64,000 bases of DNA from the NCBI GenBank assembly GCA_049601975.1, contig JBMYRC010000003.1, forward strand, positions 11,665 to 75,664, in the 5' to 3' direction. This DNA comes from Alphaproteobacteria bacterium (GTDB lineage Bacteria; Pseudomonadota; Alphaproteobacteria; UBA8366). Positions 10,125 through 19,685 of the stretch are shown here, piece after piece. The position numbers were made by a program, and so were the translations under genes. Within the stretch, counting starts at the first letter, position 1. Each line of letters opens with the position of its first letter. The notes beneath the pieces are model-generated. The model searched no databases. It had not been told where the DNA came from and saw only the letters and a list, made by a program, of their open reading frames with translations.

Positions 10125-11484
10125 GAGACGCCGCCGCGCTCTGAGGTTCCGGCATCAAGTCGGCCCAATCCTCCGCCTGCATAAATTGCTCCCAGCGACG
10201 ATAGAAAATGCGTTGGTTGGCTTCCGAATAACTGCCACTTTGAACCGCTCCAGGAAGCCCTGGCACCTGCCGTTCTTTTCCCAAGCCAAGCTGGTAATTG
10301 TAGGCCCGCCGTCGAGCTATGGCGCCTCCGCTCGCCGCCGTCGCATAAGTCCAGTTTTCCATGTCGTCCGATTCAGTAATCCCGGCCGGACCCGAATAGC
10401 GCAAATAGTAGTGACGCAGCATATCCTTCACTTTGGCTGGAGCGTCAGCATCCACCAGGTAGTAGCGCCACATCTCCATCTCGGTGGCGCTGATCGGATG
10501 CGCTAACAGCAGTGTGCGCGGCTGGTTGGCATGGAACGACATATTGGGAAAGATAGTGCCGACTGTCATACCGACGCGCATGCGGTCCCCAAGATTGCGA
10601 ACGCGAGCTTCGTAGACCTCGCGATAATAAGCCTCGACCTCCGGGTCGTTGCGGTAGCTGGCCGTGTATTCCGGCTCCTCATAATGCGGCAAGAAGCCGA
10701 GAACTCCGTGACCCAATCCCGGAAAACCAATAGCGTGGCGTGGACGTTGTTCGTCACGCCGACCTTTGCCGCCAGACGGCCCAATCTCCGCCAAATTAGC
10801 CGATTGATGACTGACTTCGTGATACAGATCACCTACAAAATTCTCGGCGCTAAGTTTCCAATTGCTCCGCACCCGCCACTTCTGCACGCCGCCTATGACT
10901 TCCGAACCGCCGGCACTGCCGTCACGGTGATCCAGCACGCAATCAAGGAACATTCGCATATCACCAAGGTAATCTTCGAACGGCATCGCCGCCGAATCCC
11001 AATTGGCCCAGACCGTGCCCTTGTAATTCACCACATGGGGGCAGCGTTCCAGGCCCCACCCCTCGCGGTCAAGCTTACCGCCGTACCCTTCTTCCGAACG
11101 CGGCACGCCGACGAGGGCGCCCGGCTGCGATACACGTTCCCGGTCGGTCGAAAAACTCCATCCGTGATACGGGCAGGTAAAGACGGCGGAATTTCCCTGG
11201 TCGTAGCGGCAAACTTTCATACCGCGATGTGTGCAACTGTTGAGCAGGACGAGAATTTCACCCTGCTTGTTGCGGGTCAGGATGACTGATTCCGTCCCCA
11301 TACGAGAAACGAAGTAATCGTTAGGTTTTGGTATCAAGCTTTCGTGCCCGACTAATAACCAGCCGCGCGTGAAGATATTCTCCATCTCTTGGTCGAAAAT
11401 ATCCGAATTAACGAACAACTCTCGACTGACGACGCCATTCTCCACGTCCACCAGCCCGCTGATGTCAATTTCACATCTTATCAT
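10114..11484 (-). CDS. Rieske aromatic ring-hydroxylating oxygenase alpha subunit
   Basis: Rieske ligands CTHRG and CPYHGW; mononuclear Fe motif NWK..AENF.GD.YH...H; DDMENW. Confidence 0.94.
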   Translation of the reverse strand: MIRCEIDISGLVDVENGVVSRELFVNSDIFDQEMENIFTRGWLLVGHESLIPKPNDYFVSRMGTESVILTRNKQGEILVLLNSCTHRGMKVCRYDQGNSAVFTCPYHGWSFSTDRERVSQPGALVGVPRSEEGYGGKLDREGWGLERCPHVVNYKGTVWANWDSAAMPFEDYLGDMRMFLDCVLDHRDGSAGGSEVIGGVQKWRVRSNWKLSAENFVGDLYHEVSHQSANLAEIGPSGGKGRRDEQRPRHAIGFPGLGHGVLGFLPHYEEPEYTASYRNDPEVEAYYREVYEARVRNLGDRMRVGMTVGTIFPNMSFHANQPRTLLLAHPISATEMEMWRYYLVDADAPAKVKDMLRHYYLRYSGPAGITESDDMENWTYATAASGGAIARRRAYNYQLGLGKERQVPGLPGAVQSGSYSEANQRIFYRRWEQFMQAEDWADLMPEPQSAAASHGG

Positions 11485-11598
11485 CTCGACCGTCCCGTTG
11501 GTTTATGGATTAAGGTAGGGCGGATCAATCCCTCTTGGAAGCACGCGATAGCTTTAATCGTCCGCCACCTCCTGCAACGTTGCATCGGATACTGGATT
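10776..11598. repeat. Direct repeat copy 1 (about 820 bp); copy 2 at 17948-18770
   Basis: Offset 7172 bp. No mismatches seen by eye in the core (about 10833-11375); flanks diverged. Confidence 0.9.
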
Positions 11599-11875
11599 GC
11601 CGGTGCACGAAGACATCGTCGGCGTCGCCACGGCGTCCGGAGGCGTTCCAGCGCAACAATTCCTAGGTAGCGCTCAGAAAAGAATACGATATAGCATACG
11701 AGAATATTCGCCTAAACTGAATGTCGACGGCATCAAAGCGTTCAATTCGGCTGAATCCCATCTTGGCAGCCATTAAGCAATTTGGTTTGCCTGGTTGCAG
11801 TTCCCCTCTGAACCCGCCTTATCGCCGCAGTAACGCCACCTCCGGCGCACATGCGAGTTCTGATTGAGCAGTAGC

Positions 11876-12742
11876 CTATCCCAAATAGGTCTCGAACCAA
11901 TCGCGAGACGCCGATGCGATGGCTGACAGTTGTTTGGTGTAGGGGTCGTAATGACCTCCCGGAAACATCTTCAGCCGTTTCGGCTCATGCGCAGTAGAAT
12001 AGGCTTGAAGTTGAAGGTCTGTTAGGCATTTGGTGTCGTGCGTCGCCACCGCCAGCAGCAATGGTGTGGGTGAAATAGCGGCGATATAACTGCCCGGCTC
12101 ATAGGCGTCGCGAAAGGCTCGGCTGAGCAGCGTGCATGTATTGACATAGGTCGTGCCAGCGCCTGCAACCTTGCTCCATTCGTAGCTTTCATCGCCTTCC
12201 CTCGAGATTGGAATCATCAGGGGTTCCTCACCGCGCTGACGGCGGGCGCGCTCCTCATTCACTTCTCGAACGAACGCCGCATAGCCTTCAGTCGTTAGCA
12301 CCCGGATCGTGTTCTCATGTCCACTGATTGTCGGCACCACGGACACGACGCATTTCACCCTCCGGTCGGTTGCGGCCACGACGAGGCTGTGACCACCAGC
12401 AAAACTGGTGCCCCACAGACCAATCCGATCCGTGTCGACCTCTTCGCGGCTTCCCACATAAGTTATAGCATCTCGCATATCGGAAATCTGCTGCCACGGA
12501 TCGATCTCGCCGCGCAGGGCGCCGCCGCTCGACCCAGTGTTGCGATGATCATAGACGAGGCAGGCGAAGCCCGCCGCGCAGAAGACATCGGCATAGCGGT
12601 CCAGCGCCATTTCTTTGACCGCTCCAAAACCATGGCTGAGCACTATAGCGGGAAACAAGCCACTTCCGCTGTCCGGCGTGTAGAGAAACGCCGCAAGCTG
12701 CGTTCCGTCCAGTGATTTGAATTCCACATTCTCACGCATCAT
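11876..12742 (-). CDS. Alpha/beta hydrolase (peptidase S15/CocE-like)
   Basis: HGFGAVKE, nucleophile motif GTSFAGG, C-terminal GGHYDPY. Confidence 0.88.
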   Translation of the reverse strand: MMRENVEFKSLDGTQLAAFLYTPDSGSGLFPAIVLSHGFGAVKEMALDRYADVFCAAGFACLVYDHRNTGSSGGALRGEIDPWQQISDMRDAITYVGSREEVDTDRIGLWGTSFAGGHSLVVAATDRRVKCVVSVVPTISGHENTIRVLTTEGYAAFVREVNEERARRQRGEEPLMIPISREGDESYEWSKVAGAGTTYVNTCTLLSRAFRDAYEPGSYIAAISPTPLLLAVATHDTKCLTDLQLQAYSTAHEPKRLKMFPGGHYDPYTKQLSAIASASRDWFETYLG

Positions 12743-12771
12743 TACGTCCTCTTATTAGCTGGCCACAGGGA

Positions 12772-13527
12772 TCACATCGCCGAGATGGCGCGACCTCCAT
12801 CCCCGAACACCACGTCGCCATTAACACAATCCGCCGCATCCGATGCTAGGAACACAACGATCCGCGCCACCCCCTCTGGCGTGGACAGGCGGCCCAATGG
12901 ACTGCGCGCGAGGCGCTTCTTCCAGCCTTCCTCGTCCACCACGCGCATCGTGCCGGGCGTCGGCATCGGTCCAGGAGCGACGGCATTCACCCGAATGCCC
13001 TGCTGCCCAAGTTCGACCGCGCACTGACGCGTCAGGGCCGAGATCGCGCCTTTTATCGCTGCATAGACAGACCCGTTAGGGATGCCGTGAACCGATGCGG
13101 GCGATGTCATGTTGACGATACTGCCCGATCCCTGCGCGATCATATGCGGCGTGACCGCCTGTATGCCCCAGTAGACTGCGTCCAGGCCGATCGCCATCTG
13201 GCGCCGATAGACGTCCTCCTGCACCTCGGTCATCAGCTCGTATTTAACCCACATGGCATTGTTCACCATCACGTCGATCCCGCCGAAATGAGCCGCAATG
13301 TCATCGATGATCTTCTGCCACAACGCACGATTGGTCATATCAATCGCGCAGGGCAGAACCTCGGCACCGTTGGCTCGGATTGCCGTGACTGTTTCGTCTA
13401 GACGCTCCGCGTCTGCGTCGACCAGAGCCAGACGCGCACCCACACGCCCAGCCTCTTCCGCAATCGCCCGCCCGATGCCGCCGGCTGCGCCTGTCACGAT
13501 AACCGTCTTGCCTTTCAACACCGTCAT
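12772..13527 (-). CDS. SDR family oxidoreductase
   Basis: TGAAGGIG, NNA, YAAIK, IRVNAVAPG. Confidence 0.92.
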   Translation of the reverse strand: MTVLKGKTVIVTGAAGGIGRAIAEEAGRVGARLALVDADAERLDETVTAIRANGAEVLPCAIDMTNRALWQKIIDDIAAHFGGIDVMVNNAMWVKYELMTEVQEDVYRRQMAIGLDAVYWGIQAVTPHMIAQGSGSIVNMTSPASVHGIPNGSVYAAIKGAISALTRQCAVELGQQGIRVNAVAPGPMPTPGTMRVVDEEGWKKRLARSPLGRLSTPEGVARIVVFLASDAADCVNGDVVFGDGGRAISAM

Positions 13528-13554
13528 AATTCGCTCCTTAATTTCTTGATCGTG

Positions 13555-14556
13555 TCAGAAGCGGCTGGGGAAAAGCAGTCGCTCCCAGCCAGCCGCATCC
13601 AGCCGTTCGCGAAACGCCCCCTTGGTTGCTTCATCGGGCTGCTGCATCGGCGGTCCCATCGGCCCACCAGCCATGCCTAATATGTCCATCCAATATTTGA
13701 TGAGGGCCATCGGATGCGCGGCCTTCTTCTCGTTCCACAATACCGCATAAATGTTGGCCCATACTTCCCGCAGCGGCATAAGTTCTTCGCGGATAATGGC
13801 TGCGCCCGTCATGTCGCCTTGCTGCGCGAGACGCAGGTAATCAACGATCGGCTGCCGCTCCGGGCTTTGCATCAAATAGACGCTGGTCGACCCCATCAAC
13901 ACTTGTTGGCCGTGTTGGATTGTCATCTCCAGTAATTGCTCCTCGAACGGGTAGGACAGCACGACCTCCGCACCGAACATCTCCATCGCCCGGATAGTGT
14001 GCTGCGGATCCTTGATCGCGTTCTTGAAGCCACAGACATTGGGGATTTTCGCGATGCGCGCCATGGTCTCGTGCGTCATGGTCGCACCGGAATGAGTCGT
14101 GTTGAATGCAACGATCGGCATGTCCACCTTGCCGGCTACATATTCGATATAGTCGTGCATCAGGTCCTGCGACGACGCCCATTCATAAGGCACCCAAAGG
14201 ATAATCGCCTCCGCGCCGATCGCTTTGGCATATAAGCTGAGATCAATCGTCTCGGCCACGCTATGATCGGCGGTGTAGAAGGCGCACATTGCTCGCTCGC
14301 CCGTCGTCTCCGCGATTAGGTCCATCGCATGCTTTCGCTGCGCAATGGTGAGGCTCCAGGCATCAAGAAACCCGAAGCCCACGCCACTGGCACCGGCGGC
14401 AATCACGCGTTCGACATTCTTAACGACACCCGCCTGATCCAACGCGAAATTGGCCGTGAAAGGCGCTGACGGACTGGAAAACAGTCCCTTCAGATGCGCC
14501 TTCGCCCATTCCTTGGCCTCATGCCGACCGACCTTCACGCCTACTCCTCTAGTCAC
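13555..14556 (-). CDS. Dihydrodipicolinate synthase-family aldolase (possibly hydratase-aldolase)
   Basis: PFTANFALD, IPNVCGFK with candidate Schiff-base Lys; canonical GTTGE absent. Start uncertain. Confidence 0.75.
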   Translation of the reverse strand: MTRGVGVKVGRHEAKEWAKAHLKGLFSSPSAPFTANFALDQAGVVKNVERVIAAGASGVGFGFLDAWSLTIAQRKHAMDLIAETTGERAMCAFYTADHSVAETIDLSLYAKAIGAEAIILWVPYEWASSQDLMHDYIEYVAGKVDMPIVAFNTTHSGATMTHETMARIAKIPNVCGFKNAIKDPQHTIRAMEMFGAEVVLSYPFEEQLLEMTIQHGQQVLMGSTSVYLMQSPERQPIVDYLRLAQQGDMTGAAIIREELMPLREVWANIYAVLWNEKKAAHPMALIKYWMDILGMAGGPMGPPMQQPDEATKGAFRERLDAAGWERLLFPSRF

Positions 14557-14638
14557 TCAGGGGAACGCGATTATTCCACCCCATAAGCCCTTTAAATTTC
14601 CCGTTAGGATTTTTAACCTTGGGACTTGGGCGGATATT

Positions 14639-15685
14639 CTATGGTTTTCGGCCTTTGACTATTATCCAAGGAAAGCGCCAGGACTGATTATTTGGGGAAA
14701 GCGCGTTCGGCGATTCTTCAAACTGTTCAATTGTAACATCCTTAAAGCCGGCATCCCACATTGCGTTGCCCAGATCCATTTCATTCAGTGGTTTCATATA
14801 GGGTTCATTATTTCGTTGGGCATGTCCAAAATGAACAAATTGATTGAATGGATCATCATCAGTTGAATAGTCCAGATGTATAGCATAGCCACCGTCATCA
14901 AGAACGCGAAACGATTCTTGTATCAAATCCTGGATCGCTCTTGGTGGCATTTCATGTAAGAGCATCGTGGAAGTAACGAGATCAAAACGCGCCGACGGAA
15001 ATGGCGTTTCTTCAGCACTGCATTGGTAATATTGGATGTTATTGAATCGGTCCTCATGGGCTCTGAGCGCTGCAAGTTTAAGGCATGGCTCCGATACGTC
15101 GATGCCTATAGCTTCAGCGTTGGGAAAATCTTCGGCAAAGGGTTGCGTACTTTTCCCAAACCCGCACCCCAGATCCAGTATTCGTTGGGGCTCAAAGACT
15201 GATTTTACAATTGCGTTGAAGCGAGGATGTAAGCCACGGTCTTTGCTACCTCCGGGCCACATTGATCGGGAACCCCGTTCATATACAAAACCCGCGAGGG
15301 TGTCCCCACAGGTACCTCCTGGATGCTGATGTATATCGATTGCGGTAAAATAAGCAGGCGGTACAAAACCTGGCTGCAAGGTTAACAGGTTTCCCGGTAA
15401 CTCCTGATCAAGTCTTTCTTCCAATTCGGGACGGAAGGGCTCATGCATTGGCACAATACCGTACCTTCCAGAATATTTCATTCTTTGGAGATGACGTTCT
15501 AGATACGAATAATATTGATAAGTAACGTTATCTCGGCTTGCCATCTCGATGGCAGCATAATTTTTTTCGTCAACTTTTGCGTAACACTCACTCTTTACCT
15601 GTGGGTATAGGGTATTGGACCAATACGTTTTGCAGCCAAGAAGGAATGATTGATAGGCATCAAAACTACGACCGAGCGGTTTCAT
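14639..15685 (-). CDS. Class I SAM-dependent methyltransferase with long N-terminal extension
   Basis: ILDLGCGFG, GIDVS, FDLVTSTMLLHE. Confidence 0.85.
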   Translation of the reverse strand: MKPLGRSFDAYQSFLLGCKTYWSNTLYPQVKSECYAKVDEKNYAAIEMASRDNVTYQYYSYLERHLQRMKYSGRYGIVPMHEPFRPELEERLDQELPGNLLTLQPGFVPPAYFTAIDIHQHPGGTCGDTLAGFVYERGSRSMWPGGSKDRGLHPRFNAIVKSVFEPQRILDLGCGFGKSTQPFAEDFPNAEAIGIDVSEPCLKLAALRAHEDRFNNIQYYQCSAEETPFPSARFDLVTSTMLLHEMPPRAIQDLIQESFRVLDDGGYAIHLDYSTDDDPFNQFVHFGHAQRNNEPYMKPLNEMDLGNAMWDAGFKDVTIEQFEESPNALSPNNQSWRFPWIIVKGRKP

Positions 15686-16020
15686 GATTTGGAATTCCGC
15701 TGTGGTGTGAGTCCCCTAGCTGACTGCTTTCCGCATAGGTTCGCCATAAGGGCGGCTGTGAACGCTTCGCGATCAGCCCCATCAACTAAGAGCGTATCGG
15801 AATTCGGTTGATAATCGTCCAATTCATTAGGTTCGAGAAGACCACGTGCGGTGAGGGTTCTTTCTAGAACTGTTAACCTGTCACGCGTCACATATAGTTC
15901 TGCTGCCAACGTCATAATCATGCCGACAGCGCGGTCCAATGCCTCATCCTTAAAAAAACTTTGCTCTGGCCTGTCTTCCATATGTCTATTCCTATTCATT
16001 TCGTGCTGTAAGAAGGGCAA
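15682..16020 (-). CDS. Hypothetical protein coupled to the methyltransferase
   Basis: ATGA overlap at 15682-15685; helical LAAELYVTRDRL segment. Start uncertain. Confidence 0.65.
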   Translation of the reverse strand: MPFLQHEMNRNRHMEDRPEQSFFKDEALDRAVGMIMTLAAELYVTRDRLTVLERTLTARGLLEPNELDDYQPNSDTLLVDGADREAFTAALMANLCGKQSARGLTPQRNSKS

Positions 16021-16023
16021 TCC

Positions 16024-16793
16024 TTTGAACAGCAGGATAGCCGACGTCCATGGGACCCCTCACTCCTTGGCATGTCCAGCCACCATCCACGGAAAACTCG
16101 CCCCCGTGTTTAAGGAAGCCTCGTCAATAGCTAGTAACAGGATCGCATAGGCCACTTCCTGACAATTGCCCTCGCGTCGGACCGTAATGGCGGCAACCCT
16201 CACGCGGCACTCTTCCAGACCGCCGCTCAACATCGCAGTTTTCATGTCGGGCATCGCGCCCGTATTTAATGAATTCACACGGATACCGTCCTACACGGCG
16301 TGTGGCCTTGGTCGCCAGGCGCACAGCTCCCTTGGCGGCGTTATAACCCATGTGAATCCATGGCAGGCCTGCGAGGCCTGACAACAACGATACCTAGGCC
16401 TGCCCCACCTTCTGCACTTTGGGGATGAAGATTTGCATGACCAGGAACGGACCCTCAGCAAAAACTTCCATTTGCTCATCCCAGTTGCTAGTGTTCAGTC
16501 GGTCCGGGTAACAGCCGCTGATGCCGGCGTTGTTGCTCAATATATAGATCTGGCCGTAGGTCGAAATCGTCTCCAAAACCGCTTTCGCCCAATCAGCCTC
16601 GCTTGTGACTACAGCTTTAGGAAAAGGGCCTCACCGCCGTCCGCAACGATTTCGTCAGCCACGATTGCACATTTTTCTGTGGCTCGGTCCGCGGTTATAA
16701 CTTTGACACCTCCGTCGGCAAACATTTTCGCGGTCGCGGCCCCTAAGCCGGATGCGGCACCAGTTACAATCGCGACTTGTCTTTCAAGCGCAT
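16024..16793 (-). pseudogene. Decayed SDR, paralog of 17018-17767
   Basis: MRLERQVAIVTGAASGLG, NNAGISG.YPDRLNT..WDEQM, HMGYNAAKGAVR spread over several frames. Confidence 0.85.
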
Positions 16794-17017
16794 ATTCTGC
16801 CTCCCTCCTTTCATTGGATTGGAGTATTGAGGATCGACAATAATTTATAAGATTTTTAGATGAAGGCGGCCCTCAACGCACAGATTTGCATCAAAAATGA
16901 AAATATAAATTATAAAATTGAGTCAATGCTACGGCTTCTTCACGAGGCTAAGTTGGAAACATATCTTGCGAGGGTGCCAGCACCGAATCATCCGGGCTGA
17001 GGTGGTTTCCGCAACCT

Positions 17018-17767
17018 CTAAACAGCCAGATAGCCGCCATCCACGGGTAGCTCGATCCCCGTAATGTAGGAAGCCTCGTCACTGGCCAGAAACAGGTTTG
17101 CAAAAGCCACTTCCTCGACGCGGCCAGCACGTTGGGCCGGAATGGCAGCTATCCTGATGCGGCGCCCTTCAGGGTCGGCTGCCATCATCGCGTTCTTCAT
17201 AGGCGGCATTACGCCGGGGTGCACCGAATTCACGCGGATACCGTCCGACGCGAACTGCACGGCGGCGGACTTTGTCGCAACTCGCACGGCCGCCTTCGCG
17301 GCGTTATAGCCCATATGCACATAGGCCTGGCCGACAAAGGCTGAGATCGACGATACATTCACGATCGAGCCCCGCCCGGCCTTCTGCATAATGGGGATGA
17401 CGGCCTGCATACCCAGGAACGCACCCTTGGCATAGATGTTCATCTGCTCATCCCAGGTAGCGGTGTTTAGTCGATCAGGGTGACTGCCGCTGATGCCGGC
17501 ATTGTTGACCAATATATCGATCCGCCCGTAAGCCGAAACCGTCTCGGAAACCACACTCGCCCAATCGGCCTCGCTTGCGACATCCAGCTTTAGGAAACGG
17601 GCTTCGCCGCCGATTGCGGCAATATCGTCAATCACCACGGCACCTTCGTCCCCGGTCAGGTCCGTAACGATCACCTTAGCTCCTTCGCTGGCGAAAGTTT
17701 TTGCAGTCGACGCCCCCATTCCGGAAGCGGCACCTGTCACAATCGCAATCTTGTCTCTCAAACGCAT
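17018..17767 (-). CDS. SDR family oxidoreductase
   Basis: TGAASGMG, NNAG, YNAAK, IRVNSVHPG, VDGG; GGAGG RBS upstream. Confidence 0.92.
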   Translation of the reverse strand: MRLRDKIAIVTGAASGMGASTAKTFASEGAKVIVTDLTGDEGAVVIDDIAAIGGEARFLKLDVASEADWASVVSETVSAYGRIDILVNNAGISGSHPDRLNTATWDEQMNIYAKGAFLGMQAVIPIMQKAGRGSIVNVSSISAFVGQAYVHMGYNAAKAAVRVATKSAAVQFASDGIRVNSVHPGVMPPMKNAMMAADPEGRRIRIAAIPAQRAGRVEEVAFANLFLASDEASYITGIELPVDGGYLAV

Positions 17768-17945
17768 CCTTTGCCTCCAAATCGCAATATCGGGGCCCAA
17801 TCACTTGAGCTTATTCCCGCTAGATCATTAAATTGGGAAATTCCCAATCTAATTGATGAGTGTTTTTATTGCCGTTTTATAAACTTTTAATTAATATACA
17901 ATATTATTTTGTTAATTAACTATTATTAAAAAAATTTACTACTTA

Positions 17946-18656
17946 TTACGGCCCGATCTCCATCAAATTAGCCGATTGATGACTGACTTCGTGATACAGA
18001 TCATCTACAAAATTCTCGGCGCTAAGTTTCCAATTGCTCCGCACCCGCCACTTCTGCACGCCGCCTATGACTTCCGAACCGCCGGCACTGCCGTCACGGT
18101 GATCCAGCACGCAATCAAGGAACATTCGCATATCACCAAGGTAATCTTCGAACGGCATCGCCGCCGAATCCCAATTGGCCCAGACCGTGCCCTTGTAATT
18201 CACCACATGGGGGCAGCGTTCCAGGCCCCACCCCTCGCGGTCAAGCTTACCGCCGTACCCTTCTTCCGAACGCGGCACGCCGACGAGGGCGCCCGGCTGC
18301 GATACACGTTCCCGGTCGGTCGAAAAACTCCATCCGTGATACGGGCAGGTAAAGACGGCGGAATTTCCCTGGTCGTAGCGGCAAACTTTCATACCGCGAT
18401 GTGTGCAACTGTTGAGCAGGACGAGAATTTCACCCTGCTTGTTGCGGGTCAGGATGACTGATTCCGTCCCCATACGAGAAACGAAGTAATCGTTAGGTTT
18501 TGGTATCAAGCTTTCGTGCCCGACTAATAACCAGCCGCGCGTGAAGACATTTTCCATCTTTTGGTCGAAAATATCTGAATTTACGAACAGCTCTCGACTG
18601 ACGACGCCATTCTCCACGTCCATCAGCCCGCTGATGTCGATTTCACGTCTTATCAT
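17946..18656 (-). pseudogene. Truncated near-identical duplicate of the Rieske alpha subunit (N-terminal 236 aa)
   Basis: Matches 10776-11484; stops at TAA where an AT-rich block begins. Confidence 0.88.
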
Positions 18657-18725
18657 CTCAACCGTCCTGTTGGTTTTCGGATAAAGGTAGGGCGGATAAA
18701 TCCCACTTGGAGGCACTCGATACCC

Positions 18726-19109
18726 TTAATCGTCCGCCACCCCCCGTAGCGTTGTCTCGGACACTCGATTGTTGTGATCGCGGACGATTATTTGCGCGCG
18801 GAACAATGCCCAAAGTTCAACCATAAAAATAGCAATGATAATGGCGATCCCAATCGGCGGCACGATGAAAAACAAAAGCGCACCGACCACGAACACCGCC
18901 AAATTAACGACGCCGCGCGCCGTCTTTCCAAGATAGAAGTGATGTAGACCGGCGACCAAGAACCAATTGAGTGTCGCATAAGTATCCGGGTCCTTGGTGC
19001 GCCCCTTCAGCCGCTCGTAGTAGCGCTTACGAGTATCGTTCGGCAGGGCTGATACAGCATCACGCAGGCGGTTCTCTTCCCGCTCGACTTCCGACGCATC
19101 CAGCATCAC
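18726..19109 (-). CDS. TM2-domain (NINE-like) membrane protein
   Basis: KDPDTYATLNW..AGLHHFYLGK followed by hydrophobic helices. Confidence 0.8.
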   Translation of the reverse strand: MMLDASEVEREENRLRDAVSALPNDTRKRYYERLKGRTKDPDTYATLNWFLVAGLHHFYLGKTARGVVNLAVFVVGALLFFIVPPIGIAIIIAIFMVELWALFRAQIIVRDHNNRVSETTLRGVADD

Positions 19110-19112
19110 CGA

Positions 19113-19352
19113 TCACGCATGGGGCATGATTGTCGGAACAGGATCGGGAATTTTGTCGCGCCTATTTGGATCGTTACAACGACGTAGACGACCGATGGCC
19201 AATCGCACGCCGTCCACCGCGCCATGGCGTCGAATGGCCTTCTTTGCATAAGCCGAACAGGTTGGCGAAAAATTACACTCGACAAGATATCGCGCCCCTC
19301 CGCCCCGTCTCTGGTAGAGGCCGATCAATGCGATAAGTGCCCGCGCGATCAT
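19113..19352 (-). CDS. yidD: Membrane protein insertion efficiency factor YidD-like
   Basis: LIGLYQR...CNFSPTCSAYA..AIRRHG...RLRRC...DPVP; ATG overlaps the upstream stop. Confidence 0.8.
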   Translation of the reverse strand: MIARALIALIGLYQRRGGGARYLVECNFSPTCSAYAKKAIRRHGAVDGVRLAIGRLRRCNDPNRRDKIPDPVPTIMPHA

Positions 19353-19564
19353 TCCCGCCCGAGCGTCACAATGGCGGCTTCCCGGGTCCAGAACAGCATG
19401 AAGCGTTTTTGCTCCAAAACCATGAAAACCATCTGCCAACCGTCCGCCGCTTCCTCGTTCAACATATTTTCAAGCTTCTTGATCGGCATGCCCGAAGCAC
19501 CGAACATCAATGTGCCGCAGCCGCCCTCGACGACATGCATGATTTTGTATTCTTTAAAGGCCAT
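19349..19564 (-). CDS. DUF4177-like small protein
   Basis: EYKIMHVVEGGCGT..LE.MLNEEAADGWQ..E.KRF.LFW.RE pattern. Confidence 0.75.
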   Translation of the reverse strand: MAFKEYKIMHVVEGGCGTLMFGASGMPIKKLENMLNEEAADGWQMVFMVLEQKRFMLFWTREAAIVTLGRE

Positions 19565-19685
19565 GAAACGCTTTCCTTGTGCTGACCGCCACGGGCAATT
19601 GCCGTCCGGCTTGAGAGGGAAAGCCTACATGGCGAGTGGGCTGACGATCAATCCGTCACCGCATCTTTTTTTTGCTCTGGCGATC

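Noticed and set aside
10776-18770. Rieske repeat as a diversity-generating retroelement TR/VR pair
   Set aside because: No reverse transcriptase; mismatches are not adenine-specific; the repeat is too long.
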